Positions 36,884 to 47,009 are shown, counted from the stretch's first letter. The stretch is DNA of 64,000 nt from Paracoccaceae bacterium (GCA_020447005.1 JAGRDO010000060.1:3228-67227); one strand, 5' to 3'. A program made the numbers and translations. Notes: generated by a model not told the origin, from the letters alone.

Positions 36884-37577
36884 TGTAGTGGCTCTGGATG
36901 ACCTGACCCGGGGGACCTTGGCGCGGCTCTTTGCGGACAACGTAGAAAATGAATTGCGGCGCGGTATAGCGGTGCTCGGCTCCGCGCGCTTGCAGTGTCG
37001 GGTCATCTATCGGGCGGGGCGGTTCGCCACCCTTGCGCGAGAATGTCCAGCATCCCAGCATGCTGTAGCCCATGCTGGCGACCCAGTACCTCCAGGGGAT
37101 GTCCGGACCAACCTGATAGAACCCATGCCCGAACCAACCGTCGGTCCCGACACAGGAAACGAAGATGCCGCCCTCGTTCAGCATGGCGTCAACGTTGCGG
37201 AAAGACTGGGCTATGTCGAAAACATGCTCGGTCGTTCCGCCGTCATAGATCAGATCAAAACGGTTCCTGAGGTCATCGCCGACCGGAACACTGAGGTCAT
37301 GAACATGTTCGGCCCCTTCAATCGCCGAGAAGTCCAGACTTTCAAGCACGGGCCAGCCGATCGTGCGCAGATAGGTTTCGCAGAACCCGTCGTCCTGAAA
37401 CAGGTCTTCGCGTCCGGCCTTGATACCCATCTTGTCAAGCTCGGCGATCAGGCGCTCGGCCCAGCCGGCGGGGCGGAAGTGCATTTTCTGCCGGCCCAGC
37501 ATGATACCGCCCTTGCAGTCCTTCACGAGGGGCGCGATCCGGGCCAGCTGGATCGCGATATTGATGCTGATGCCCAT
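36873..37577 (-). CDS. Methyltransferase-like protein (island gene 3)
   Basis: RFDLIYDGGTTEHVFDIAQSFRNVDAMLNEGGIFV matches the post-I/II/III blocks of class I SAM methyltransferases. Motif I is atypical. The 3' end overlaps the convergent upstream gene by 11 nt. Confidence 0.5.
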   Translation of the reverse strand: MGISINIAIQLARIAPLVKDCKGGIMLGRQKMHFRPAGWAERLIAELDKMGIKAGREDLFQDDGFCETYLRTIGWPVLESLDFSAIEGAEHVHDLSVPVGDDLRNRFDLIYDGGTTEHVFDIAQSFRNVDAMLNEGGIFVSCVGTDGWFGHGFYQVGPDIPWRYWVASMGYSMLGCWTFSRKGGEPPRPIDDPTLQARGAEHRYTAPQFIFYVVRKEPRQGPPGQVIQSHYINY

Positions 37578-37724
37578 GATCTGGCCCCGTCCTCCATGCC
37601 CTTGCTTGCGGCTTTTGCCCGATGCAGCTAGCTTCGGCAACAGTTAGTGGCTGGCTGCCGAAGGGATGGTTTGCATAGAAGCCACACACCGGCAGAACTT
37701 CATATGGAGGATAGGGCGGGGTTA

Positions 37725-38801
37725 ATGGCAGAAACTTCGCATCCCTACGCGACACTGGCACCCGACGCATTCTGGCGCAGCGCGGTCGCCGAACGCGATG
37801 CCATGGAAATTACCGGCCTCTGGAAGCCGAAATTTCCGATCACGCAGGACATGCGGATTGTCACCGCCGGATCCTGCTTTGCCCAGCACATTTCCCGCGC
37901 CGTGCAAGAGCGTGGCTTCAACTGGTATAATGCGGAAACGGCCCCCGGTTCGGCCGAGCTTGCCCGCCGCTACAATTACGGTGTCTTCAGTTTCCGAACC
38001 GGGAACATCTATACGACCCGGATGCTGAACCAATGGTTCCGCTGGGCACGCAGGCCTGACGACTGCCCCGATATCTACTGGACGTCGGACCTCGGATTCC
38101 AGGATCCGTTTCGCCCCAACATCGAGCCCGACGGCTTCGCCACGCTGAGCGAGGCGCGCGCTTCGCGCCGGGCGGTTCTGGCGGCCGTCGGCGACGCCAT
38201 GCGCAAGGCCGACATATTCGTGTTCACGCTCGGTCTTACGGAATGCTGGAGGAGTGCCGACGGCCAGATCGAATTCGCGGCCTGTCCGGGGACTTCGGCC
38301 GGTCACTTTGACCCTGTGGAGCATGTGTTTCACAACATGGGGTTCAAGGATGTAACGCGGGAATTGAGCCGCGCGCTTGCGAACCTTCGTGCCGTCAACA
38401 AGCGCGTGAAAATCCTTCTGACCGTATCGCCGGTGCCGCTGACAGCGACGGCATCCGGCCAGCATGTTCTGACTGCGACCTCGCATTCCAAGGCCATTCT
38501 TCGCGCGGCGGCCGGGACAATCGCCGCCGAACATGAAGACGTCGACTATTTCCCCTCATACGAAATCATCACGCATCCCGTTTGGGGGGGGCGTTTTTAT
38601 GCCGAAAACCGGCGTTCGGTCCTGCCGGAGGGTGTCGCTTTCGTAATGGACCAGTTTTTCGCCGCGATCGGGGCGGAAGCCGCGGCGGCGCCGAAACAGA
38701 AGCCCCGTCGCGCAACCATGACCGCAGATACAGACGATCTGGTCTGTGAAGAGGAAATGCTTGCGGCTTTTGCGCCCAATTCCACCCGCGGCGCATCATG
38801 A
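37725..38801 (+). CDS. GSCFA-domain protein (island gene 4)
   Basis: Literal family motif IVTAGSCFAQHI near the N-terminus, and TVSPVPL later in the protein. About 358 aa. Confidence 0.75.
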   Translation: MAETSHPYATLAPDAFWRSAVAERDAMEITGLWKPKFPITQDMRIVTAGSCFAQHISRAVQERGFNWYNAETAPGSAELARRYNYGVFSFRTGNIYTTRMLNQWFRWARRPDDCPDIYWTSDLGFQDPFRPNIEPDGFATLSEARASRRAVLAAVGDAMRKADIFVFTLGLTECWRSADGQIEFAACPGTSAGHFDPVEHVFHNMGFKDVTRELSRALANLRAVNKRVKILLTVSPVPLTATASGQHVLTATSHSKAILRAAAGTIAAEHEDVDYFPSYEIITHPVWGGRFYAENRRSVLPEGVAFVMDQFFAAIGAEAAAAPKQKPRRATMTADTDDLVCEEEMLAAFAPNSTRGAS

Positions 38802-39535
38802 CCAGGAAAGTCATTCTTTTCGGTGACAGCCATCTGGCGGCGTTGAAACTGGCGACAGGCCGGATCGCACCACCCGAGGGGTGGGAGGTTTCCTTCTGGG
38901 GTACTGCCGGAACGCGCTTTCGCAACATATCCTGGCGCGATGGCTGTATCTGCCCGGATGATACGGCCACCGAACAGGCGTTTGCGCGTTTCAGTGGCGA
39001 AGGAATTACCAGACTTGATCCGGCGGAATATGACGCGGTCGTCTTCGTTGGCGCGCGGATCCGGCCGGGTGCCATCCTGCCCGACATCCTGAACCATGTC
39101 GCCCACCCGACCCGTCACCTGACCCGCGAATACATCGGCCTCGTATTGGCTGAACACCTGCTTCGCCACAGTACCTATCAGATGGCGGCCGCAATGGCGG
39201 CCGGTGGCAAGACAAAGGTTTACCTTAATCCCATTTCGTTCGAGACCGCTGGAAAGCAGCCACGGCCGCGCGCCTACAAGGTCGCGCGCGAGGCCACGCA
39301 TGATCATGTTTCAGAAATCTGGCGGCTAACGGAGCGGCTGCTGGCGGAAGACGGGATCACCCTGATCGCTCAACCCGTCGAGACGATCGTCGAGGGATAT
39401 TATACGGATGCCCGCTTTGGCGTTGGGCAGAAGGACCATGTTCACAAGAACGCCGAATATGGCGCCCTGATCCTGGAAAGGATATTTGACGCGCTGTCGC
39501 AGAAGACGAAGACGGCGATCAGAAAAGCGTCGTGA
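38798..39535 (+). CDS. Hypothetical SGNH-like protein (island gene 5)
   Basis: Block-I-like VILFGDSHL at the N-terminus and block-V-like DHVHKNAEYG near the C-terminus. ATGA overlap with the GSCFA gene. Confidence 0.4.
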   Translation: MTRKVILFGDSHLAALKLATGRIAPPEGWEVSFWGTAGTRFRNISWRDGCICPDDTATEQAFARFSGEGITRLDPAEYDAVVFVGARIRPGAILPDILNHVAHPTRHLTREYIGLVLAEHLLRHSTYQMAAAMAAGGKTKVYLNPISFETAGKQPRPRAYKVAREATHDHVSEIWRLTERLLAEDGITLIAQPVETIVEGYYTDARFGVGQKDHVHKNAEYGALILERIFDALSQKTKTAIRKAS

Positions 39536-41384
39536 AACGGTCGGGCAGGCGATAAAGATCCTTGCTGCGCATGTTCTTGAAGAACCAGTTGCCGGTGGAC
39601 GGCGCCTGGCTGCGCCCCTCGACCATCGCCTTGCGGAAATCGGGAAAATCCATGGTTTCTGCAACCGGTTCCAGCCGCGACAAGAGATCGAAGCTTTCGG
39701 TTCCGGTATCCCATGAATTCTTGGCCCGGCCGGTTTCGTCCATCGCCCCCAACCGAGATTCATTTAGTGATTTCCGACTGTTAAGCCGAAGTGTGGAAAT
39801 TTCGACATCCACGAAACGCAAGTGAAACAGGTAAAGGCTGGGGTCCAGCGCCACGTTTTGCAGGTTGGATCCGTGCCCGCCGATGGAAAAATTGGTGCGG
39901 CCGCGAATGATGCAGGGCTTGGCGTAGTTCGAGTTCAGCCGGAAATTGCGGCGCACTGACAGGATGGGGGCGTCCGCCCGGATCGGATCGGGCTCGCTTG
40001 CCGGGGTGTGGACCATCTCGACCGCGAAAGGAGAGAGCGCCGGAGGAGGCCGGCCATTGGCAAACTTGGAGTTCAGATAGTCGCGGATATTGCCCCCGGC
40101 ATCCGGGTCGAGCACGACAAGCTCGTCAACATCGTTGCAGATCACCCAGTTGTAATAAAGCGTCAGACCGCTTGCGAACGACGACAGGGCGCCCCAGCGC
40201 CGCCGGTCAAAGCGGGAGTTGTCATCCTCTCGCGGCATGTGGATGACGTTCGCGCCCTTGGCGATCCGGTCGATCTCGGGGTCCTCGCCATGGCGCAGGA
40301 TGTAAAGATTTTCGCGCCCGATCTGACGTTCCCAATGCGCGACCCAGCGTTCAAGGAAGAAGTGGTCGCGGTAGAGCATCGTGACGGCGGCCACATCCGC
40401 CTTGCTTGGGTCGGGGCCGGGTTTAACCGCAGGCGCCGGCTGAACCCGTTCCTTTGCGGCCGGCTCTGCTTCCAGGTCAGATTGCGGTGCGGCGGGTTCG
40501 ATCCCCTCGGGCAGCGGCTGCTTTCCGATCCAGCTGATCCGCCGCGTGCCGACCGTCGCGCGCAGCGCGTCATAGCCGATCTGGGCAAGTCCGGCCTCGG
40601 TCAGGACCTCCCATTTGCGGTAATGGACGGTGTAGATCTTGCGGTCTTCCGGCAGCGGCTCGCCCCGCAGAACACCACCAAGAATGTAGTGCTGCGCTTC
40701 GGGCAGTTCGCGCCATTTGAGGCCGGCGCGCTGGATGGCGATGGGCAGGCTCATCTGGTCGAGATAGGGGCGCTTGTTCTCCAGATCCGGGATTGCGTCG
40801 ATGGTCTGGGCGGTCTCCAGCCAGACCTCGGGGAAGCGTTTGCCGTCGCCATTTCTGTGCTGCTCGGGAAACAGCACGAAACCCGAACTGTAGTAGGGGA
40901 TCATCGGTTTGCGCTGATCGCGCATCAGGGTGACCCGTTCATCGGGAACATTCATCCCGAATGCGCCATAGATCGGTTCCCAGACCGTTTGCGGCGCCCA
41001 GTACATCGAAGCCGCGACCGAGGCCGAGACATGCCCTTCGCGAACCAGATTGCTGATCCGGTTCTTGCGAAGCATCAGGATGTCGGAATCCATGAAGCCT
41101 GAAAATTCGGTATCGCGCGGCTCAAGGCTGGCAAGGATCTTGTTGCCGTGCGGATAGGCCGGGTCGAACATGCCCTCGGTGCGGAACGGCCGAACGTCGC
41201 AGCGCATCCGCCTAAGGGTTTCGACGACGTCCTTGTCCACCTCGCCGATCCGGTGTTCCGGACAATAGCCGACAAGCCTTACTTCGGAAGACAGGCATTG
41301 GCGGATCGACGCCGCAAGATAGCACGCCATGTTCTGATAGCGTGGCGGCTCGACGATGAAGAAAAGAGTAAGCGTCGGGGACAT
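39519..41384 (-). CDS. Two-domain glycosyltransferase (island gene 6)
   Basis: The N-terminal half (PHGNKILASL...FMDSDILML, YLDQMSLPIAI) is paralogous to 52750..53754. The C-terminal half (YYNWVICNDVDELVVLDP, LNSNYAKPCI, GGHGSN, LFHLRFVD, ...YRLPDRFTTLF) is paralogous to 43355..44281. Confidence 0.65.
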   Translation of the reverse strand: MSPTLTLFFIVEPPRYQNMACYLAASIRQCLSSEVRLVGYCPEHRIGEVDKDVVETLRRMRCDVRPFRTEGMFDPAYPHGNKILASLEPRDTEFSGFMDSDILMLRKNRISNLVREGHVSASVAASMYWAPQTVWEPIYGAFGMNVPDERVTLMRDQRKPMIPYYSSGFVLFPEQHRNGDGKRFPEVWLETAQTIDAIPDLENKRPYLDQMSLPIAIQRAGLKWRELPEAQHYILGGVLRGEPLPEDRKIYTVHYRKWEVLTEAGLAQIGYDALRATVGTRRISWIGKQPLPEGIEPAAPQSDLEAEPAAKERVQPAPAVKPGPDPSKADVAAVTMLYRDHFFLERWVAHWERQIGRENLYILRHGEDPEIDRIAKGANVIHMPREDDNSRFDRRRWGALSSFASGLTLYYNWVICNDVDELVVLDPDAGGNIRDYLNSKFANGRPPPALSPFAVEMVHTPASEPDPIRADAPILSVRRNFRLNSNYAKPCIIRGRTNFSIGGHGSNLQNVALDPSLYLFHLRFVDVEISTLRLNSRKSLNESRLGAMDETGRAKNSWDTGTESFDLLSRLEPVAETMDFPDFRKAMVEGRSQAPSTGNWFFKNMRSKDLYRLPDRFTTLF

Positions 41385-42262
41385 CAGCGCGCCGCCTTCT
41401 GATGGGGCACATGGGCGAGGTAACCGTCAAGGGCCCCCTGCCCCAGCTTTCCGCGTTCCAGAAGAATATCAAGGCAACGGATCGCCAGATCGAAGGTTTC
41501 AAAGACCGCGTCGGCGAGGATGGCGAGGTGTTTCAACGCCTCGTCGCCCCAATCGGCGCCGATCATCCGGCGCATGAACAGCGCGTCGCCGTCGATCAGC
41601 TGGCCCTGATGCCTGCGCCAGTCGAGCGTGGCCATCGACGGGCCGCCCAGCGCCTTGGACTTCAGCGTCAGGAAGCGGACCAGATCGAAGCCCTGCGCGG
41701 CCAGTTCCGCCGCCTGATCGTGGAACAGCGGCTGGTTTTGGTAAAGCGGGACAAAGCCCACCTCGGTCACCACGGCCACCGCCTGTTTCAGTTTTTCGCG
41801 GCCGTTCCCGAAGACATCACGCTCGCCACCCTGAATGTCGATCTTGAGGAAATCCGGGGGCGGCAATTCGGCGATATCGTCAAGCCGCCGGGTCTTGACT
41901 GGAAGGGTCTCGACCACCTGCATGGCCTTGTGCCAGCGCCCCAGATGGTCGAGCGTTCTTTTGTCGGGCGGCAGCAGCGAAGTAAAGCCGCCGCTCGCGC
42001 AGACATGCAGGGTCCCGTCCTCGCCCGTGCCGATCGCATGGGGCAGATAGGTCTCGCCCGGCCGTGCATTTGCAACCAGCGCGGCATGGGCCTCGGGCTG
42101 CGGTTCGAACCCCCAGACCTCGCAGCCGCCCATCTGCCGCAGCGCGTCATAGTCGGGCACGTGGATCGGATTGGCGCCTATATCGACAATGCGGGTCAGC
42201 CGCGCGGGCTTCAGCATCCCGATCAGCGCGGCCACCCTTTCCTTGTCGAAATGCTCTGGCAT
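41384..42262 (-). CDS. FkbM-family methyltransferase (island gene 7)
   Basis: IVDIGANPI...VWGFEPQPEAH and FLKIDIQGGERDV. TGATG overlap with the downstream GT gene. Confidence 0.75.
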   Translation of the reverse strand: MPEHFDKERVAALIGMLKPARLTRIVDIGANPIHVPDYDALRQMGGCEVWGFEPQPEAHAALVANARPGETYLPHAIGTGEDGTLHVCASGGFTSLLPPDKRTLDHLGRWHKAMQVVETLPVKTRRLDDIAELPPPDFLKIDIQGGERDVFGNGREKLKQAVAVVTEVGFVPLYQNQPLFHDQAAELAAQGFDLVRFLTLKSKALGGPSMATLDWRRHQGQLIDGDALFMRRMIGADWGDEALKHLAILADAVFETFDLAIRCLDILLERGKLGQGALDGYLAHVPHQKAAR

Positions 42263-42289
42263 GTCGGGCCTTTCCGTGCAGACGGGCGA

Positions 42290-43102
42290 TCAGCCGTCCA
42301 GTGCCGCTGCCGGATCGATGCCGACCTGCTGGCACATACGCCAGGCATAGGAGTTTTCGAGGGGTACGTTCTTCTGCCACCACGGCTTGGTGCCGTTGGT
42401 GTAAAGGTGGACCGAGACGGTCTGATCGGTGAACCAGCCTTCGACGCGGCCATGCGGATCATAGAAAATATCGTTAAGCTGGAAGGGCACCGGGTACAGA
42501 ACGTCGGGCGTCATCGCCCTGTCGTAGTCGCCGGTTTCCTTGGCGAAATGGGTGAAGGCCTGGGGGCCGAAGGCGGTGCGCTCGGTCTTGTAGATGCGTA
42601 CGGCCAGCGGTTCGCGGCTGTCCTGCTTGTCCATCTTCTTGCGCTGATGCTTGCCCCACCAGGCCGGATAGTCAGGCAGGTTGTCGTAATAATCGAGGAG
42701 CTGGTCCATCAGCTCGCTTTGTTGCGGCAGGCCGACGACACCACAATTCAATGCGCCGCGCATTCCGTGGCCGGCGAAGATATAGTCCCACTCGTCCGGG
42801 AAAGGCCGGTGGCAGAAGGCATCGCAGTCGATCCAGATGGCGCCGGTCTTCCGGATCATCTTGTAGCGAAAGACATTCGACAGAAACGATGCCGAGGTCG
42901 CCTCGACCACAGACATGTTGATGTCCATGATCTCTGACGCAGGGCGAATTTCGACCCCCTCGGGTGCGTTCTGCACGTCATCGGTGCAGTAAAGTGTCAC
43001 CGGATGCCCCTGCAGAAGATGAGATTTAAGGCAGAGCTGGTTGAGGTAGTGGAGGCGCTCGCCAATCCAAAGCGAGGCGACGGGGCGGCGGGTCTGGGAC
43101 AC
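42290..43102 (-). CDS. GT32/Gb3-synthase-like glycosyltransferase (island gene 8)
   Basis: LWIGERLHYLNQLCLKSHLLQGHPVTLY, FLSNVFRYKMI, and AIWIDCDAFC (DXD-like). The start is placed at GTG 43102 because the 62 codons upstream in the track ORF are R/K/Q-rich and look non-coding. This placement is uncertain. Confidence 0.5.
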   Translation of the reverse strand: MSQTRRPVASLWIGERLHYLNQLCLKSHLLQGHPVTLYCTDDVQNAPEGVEIRPASEIMDINMSVVEATSASFLSNVFRYKMIRKTGAIWIDCDAFCHRPFPDEWDYIFAGHGMRGALNCGVVGLPQQSELMDQLLDYYDNLPDYPAWWGKHQRKKMDKQDSREPLAVRIYKTERTAFGPQAFTHFAKETGDYDRAMTPDVLYPVPFQLNDIFYDPHGRVEGWFTDQTVSVHLYTNGTKPWWQKNVPLENSYAWRMCQQVGIDPAAALDG

Positions 43103-43354
43103 GTGCGTAAAGTCCTGTTGCTGTTCTTGTTCTTGTCTGCTCGGGTTCTTTTTTCGCCGATTTGCCTTTCTGACGCAAAACCTTTCGGGTGTTCGTCCCC
43201 GGGCCCGGGCGCATTGTTGCCTTTGCACACCTCCGGGCAGCGATTTCTCGTCCGGAACCGGGGGGCAAAGCTTGACCTCGCCATCCACTGCCCGGCATGA
43301 TCATCGCGCGGGTTCCGGCGAAAACAGCCGTGAAAGGCGGTCCGGACCCATGGC

Positions 43355-44281
43355 ATGAGCACAGATGACAGACGGGCAATACACATGAACCCCGCCAAGG
43401 CACCCTGCGCCGCACTGACCATGGTGCGCGGCGAGGATTTTTTCCTCGACCGCTGGCTGGCGCATTACCGCAAGTGGCTGCCGGACAAGCACATCTATGT
43501 TCTGAACCATGGCGGGGATGAAGCCGTCGCACATATCGCGCGGGGTGTGAATGTCATCAGCCTGCCCTATGACGAAACCAAGAAATCGGTCAATCAGCGC
43601 CGCTGGCAGATCCTGTCGCTGTATACCTCGGGGTTGACCCAGTTTTACAATTGGGTGATCTGCAATGACGTCGACGAACTTGTGGTCCTTGATCCAGAGG
43701 CGGGCGATGATCTGGTTGGCTATCTTCTCCGCCACGGGGCCATCGCGGGATCGGCACCCGTCCTGATCCCCTTTGCCATCGAAATGGTCCATGTCCCCGA
43801 ACTGGAGCCCGAACCCCTGACGCAAGACGCCCCGATCCTTGGTCGGCGGCGTGTGTACCGGTTGAATTCCAACTATGCCAAGCCCTGCATCACCTCGGTT
43901 CCGCTTGAATTCAAGGCGGGTGGGCATGGCAGCAATGCCCGAAAATTCGCGGTCGACCCCCATCTTTACAACTTTCATCTGCGGTTCGTCGATTATCCGA
44001 TGTGCATGGCCCGGCTTGACAAGTCGCTCGCGAGGCGGCTGGACGGCAAGAGCCCCGAGGAAGTGTCCGCGATGACCAAGGCGGGGTGGGGCTGGAATTC
44101 GGCCGCCGGAACCTTTGACGCGCTGTCAAGACAACATCCCGAACGAGAAACGATCGATCACCCGGAGTTTCGCAAGAAAATGGTCGAGGCCCAGATCAGC
44201 CGCCCCCCCTTCACGCTGATGGGCGGCGGCCGCCCCGCCGGCACCTATCGGTTGCCCGAACGCTTTTCGGGCCTGTTCTGA
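43355..44281 (+). CDS. GT2-like glycosyltransferase (island gene 9)
   Basis: LTMVRGEDFFLDRWLAHY, FYNWVICNDVDELVVLDP, LNSNYAKPCI, GGHGSN, and a C-terminal YRLPERFSGLF. It is a paralogue of the C-terminal half of 39519..41384. Confidence 0.65.
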   Translation: MSTDDRRAIHMNPAKAPCAALTMVRGEDFFLDRWLAHYRKWLPDKHIYVLNHGGDEAVAHIARGVNVISLPYDETKKSVNQRRWQILSLYTSGLTQFYNWVICNDVDELVVLDPEAGDDLVGYLLRHGAIAGSAPVLIPFAIEMVHVPELEPEPLTQDAPILGRRRVYRLNSNYAKPCITSVPLEFKAGGHGSNARKFAVDPHLYNFHLRFVDYPMCMARLDKSLARRLDGKSPEEVSAMTKAGWGWNSAAGTFDALSRQHPERETIDHPEFRKKMVEAQISRPPFTLMGGGRPAGTYRLPERFSGLF

Positions 44282-44289
44282 GGCCTGCG

Positions 44290-45165
44290 ATGAAGATTTA
44301 CGGGCATTGCCGCTTTTCCTTTTTCGGACAGACGGATACTGGCCGCGCGGTCGGCTCGGTTGAAGATGCGAGGGCGCTTTTGTGGAACAAGGATCGTATG
44401 GCGGTTCGATTCCACCTTCTTGAAAACCTGATGCTGCCGTCGATCCGGAACCAGACCGACCAAGGTTTCGAATTCGTCATCGTGACATCCGTCGAAATGC
44501 CCGAGGCCTATCACGATCGCCTTGATCGCGCGATCGGCGGAATGAAGAACGCGCGGATTGTCCGAACCGGTGAGCGCGATATCGGGCGGGCGTTGAAAGC
44601 CGTCATGGTAGAGGCGAGCGATGGGCGCGAAGCGCCTGCCGTTCACTTCCGTATCGATGACGATGATGCGGTCTGCGCGGGCTATGTCGACCGGCTGCGG
44701 GCTGCGGCGGCCGGATTGCGCCCGACGACGCTGGTGACGTTTTCGACCGGAGTTCTGGGATTTACCGATGGCGATGCCGCAAGGCATCGCGCCTTCAACA
44801 AACATTCGATAGCGATCGGCCTCGCCCGGATCAATGCGCCGGCGGACACCCGGACACCGTTCCAGATTCAGCACCGTGCCTACGCACAGAAGAACCCTGT
44901 CTACGCGGACCCGACCTTTCCGGCCTATCACTATACCCGCCACACAACCAACAACACCAACGGATATGATCACACGGTTCACCGGTCCGGTGGCGTGGTC
45001 GATATCGTCGCGGCCAATTCGCGCAAGGTACACCCGGAATTCGCAGAGGGTGCCGTCACGACGGACGAGGCAGAGCGAATGATCGCCGAAGCCTTTCCCT
45101 ATACGGACGGACCGGCCCTGCGCGCCATCATTGCGGCGACGCTGACCCCCGAGGCGTTGCAATGA
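44290..45165 (+). CDS. Glycosyltransferase, rhamnosyltransferase-like (Rhamno_transf-type) (island gene 10)
   Basis: CRFSFFG...MLPSIRNQTDQGFEFVIVTS and FRIDDDDAV (acidic DXD cluster). The family assignment comes from recollection of the motif pattern only. Confidence 0.5.
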   Translation: MKIYGHCRFSFFGQTDTGRAVGSVEDARALLWNKDRMAVRFHLLENLMLPSIRNQTDQGFEFVIVTSVEMPEAYHDRLDRAIGGMKNARIVRTGERDIGRALKAVMVEASDGREAPAVHFRIDDDDAVCAGYVDRLRAAAAGLRPTTLVTFSTGVLGFTDGDAARHRAFNKHSIAIGLARINAPADTRTPFQIQHRAYAQKNPVYADPTFPAYHYTRHTTNNTNGYDHTVHRSGGVVDIVAANSRKVHPEFAEGAVTTDEAERMIAEAFPYTDGPALRAIIAATLTPEALQ

Positions 45166-47009
45166 CGGGTCCCGCCGCCAAAACGGACGCTTCGGCACTG
45201 CTCAGGGCGCTTGCCGCACGCGAAAGCCCCCATGGCAGGGTCATGGCGGTGTCGATGATGAAGGATGAAGCGCCCTTTCTTCTGGAGTGGTTTGCCCATC
45301 ATCTTGCCGTCGGCTTCACCGACATTCTTGTCTATACCAACGACTGCTCCGACGGCACGGTCGAGATGCTGCAACGGCTTGAGGCGCTCGGGCTCGGGTA
45401 TCACCGGCCGAACAACATTCGCGAAGGGATCAAACCGCAGCCTTCGGCGTTGAACCATGCCCAGATCGAACCCCTTGTCGGGCAGGCGGACTGGGTGCTT
45501 GTCTTCGACGCCGACGAATTCCTTTCGATCAATCACCCGTCGGGCACGCTTGACGGGATGCTTGACGATGCGGTGGCGCGCGGCGCGAACGGCATCGTCA
45601 TCACCTGGCGCATCTTCGGGTCGTCCGGCATCATCGACTGGTCACGCGCGCCGGTGACCGAACAATATACGCATGCCGCGCCGCCCCTGTGGAACAAGGG
45701 TTGGGGGGTCAAGACGCTGTTCCGGTTTGACCCTGCTTACTGGAAGCTCGGGATTCACCGCCCAACGATCAAGAACAAGCATCTCGATACCGATTTTCCG
45801 CAAACCGTGAAGTGGCTGAACGGCTCGGGCCAGCCGATGGAGGAATATTTCACCTTTCGCGGGTGGCGGTCGATCCGGCGAACGCTGGGCTATGACTGGG
45901 CCCAGATGAACCATTATGCCGTCAAATCGGTCGACAGCTATGCGGTGCGCAAGTTCCGCGGCAACGTCAACAACAAGGCGGACAAGTATAATTCCGACTA
46001 CTGGGCGCTTCAGGATCGCAACGAAGTGGAGGACCGGGCAATCCTGCGCCACGCACCGCGCCGGGCCGAGATCATGGCGGCGCTGATGGAAGATCCGGTG
46101 CTGAACCGGCTTCACTTCGCGGCTTTGGAAAGGGTTGAGGCGCGACTTGCCGATTATCGCAAGACCGAGGCCTATCAGGCATTGCGCGACGGGTTGGTCG
46201 CTGCATCGGCTGTCCCGATCACCCAGGTTGAAGCCAAACCGCCAAAGGCCCGTGACCCCGCGAAGATAGCGGAACTGATGAGCCGGGTGGAAAAGAAAGT
46301 CGCGGAAAAGCCGGTCAGCGAGCGCCGCAACACTCCCGTCGAGGGCTGGAATGCGGAAGACGATGGCACCTATCTCGGGGTTGCCGACGATCTTGCGCCC
46401 GACGGCACTTGCGACTGGGTGTCCAACCACGATATCGAGCTGCCCGCCGATGCGCGGGTTTTTACCCCGGTGGCGCTCAATGCCCTTTTGAAGGGCCGTT
46501 TCGACCGCCGCAATGCCCGAAACATCGAAGGCTACCTTGAAGGCTGCAACCGGCTTTTGGACATCGGTTGCGGTATCGGGTTTGTGGCGATGCGCGCGAT
46601 TGCCCGGCGCAGGGATCTGGTCGTGATGGCGCAGGACAGGCGCGGCGGATTGATCGACCTGGCCAAGCGGATCGCCGCGCGAAACAATCTGACCGACACA
46701 TCCCGGCTGAAGCTTTCCGATGGAAAGCTGGTATTCGCAAATGAACCCGACGACATGGCATCCGGACTAGCCGCCTACCTGCGCGATTTCAGACCCGATG
46801 TCCTGCGCCTCTCAGAGACGACCCACTTGCCGCCGGCGCGTCTTGCGACTTGTGACCTTGCCGGCATCCGGCGTGTCATTCTGCCATTCGACCGGGATGC
46901 TGACGCCGAAAATCTTCGACGTTCGTACAATAAGGTTTTGGCAGGCAAGGGGCTGGTCGAGGTGGTCGAGCGCGCGGCTTCAGGGTCTTTGCAATTCGAC
47001 AGGCGCTAG
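45162..47009 (+). CDS. Bifunctional GT2/GT92-like glycosyltransferase plus class I SAM methyltransferase (island gene 11)
   Basis: The N-terminal half is paralogous to 4575..5660 (KDEAPFLLEWFAHHLAVGFTDILVYTNDCSDGT, VFDADEFL, ITWRIFGSSG). The C-terminal part has a canonical SAM motif I, LLDIGCGIGFVA. ATGA overlap with gene 10. Confidence 0.7.
   Translation: MTGPAAKTDASALLRALAARESPHGRVMAVSMMKDEAPFLLEWFAHHLAVGFTDILVYTNDCSDGTVEMLQRLEALGLGYHRPNNIREGIKPQPSALNHAQIEPLVGQADWVLVFDADEFLSINHPSGTLDGMLDDAVARGANGIVITWRIFGSSGIIDWSRAPVTEQYTHAAPPLWNKGWGVKTLFRFDPAYWKLGIHRPTIKNKHLDTDFPQTVKWLNGSGQPMEEYFTFRGWRSIRRTLGYDWAQMNHYAVKSVDSYAVRKFRGNVNNKADKYNSDYWALQDRNEVEDRAILRHAPRRAEIMAALMEDPVLNRLHFAALERVEARLADYRKTEAYQALRDGLVAASAVPITQVEAKPPKARDPAKIAELMSRVEKKVAEKPVSERRNTPVEGWNAEDDGTYLGVADDLAPDGTCDWVSNHDIELPADARVFTPVALNALLKGRFDRRNARNIEGYLEGCNRLLDIGCGIGFVAMRAIARRRDLVVMAQDRRGGLIDLAKRIAARNNLTDTSRLKLSDGKLVFANEPDDMASGLAAYLRDFRPDVLRLSETTHLPPARLATCDLAGIRRVILPFDRDADAENLRRSYNKVLAGKGLVEVVERAASGSLQFDRR

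Noticed and set aside
40008-42937. Plus-strand ORFs of 364 aa (40008..41102) and 511 aa (41402..42937) inside the island.
   Set aside because: They are antisense to the two-domain GT, the FkbM gene and the GT32-like gene. All three of those show family motifs and paralogy on the minus strand.
43103-43288. A 62-codon N-terminal extension of the GT32-like gene (MDGEVKL...RKKNPSRQEQEQQQDFTH).
   Set aside because: Its composition looks non-coding (R/K/Q-rich, generated by a TGTTCT-repeat pyrimidine tract). Conserved GT sequence begins just after GTG 43102. The start remains uncertain.
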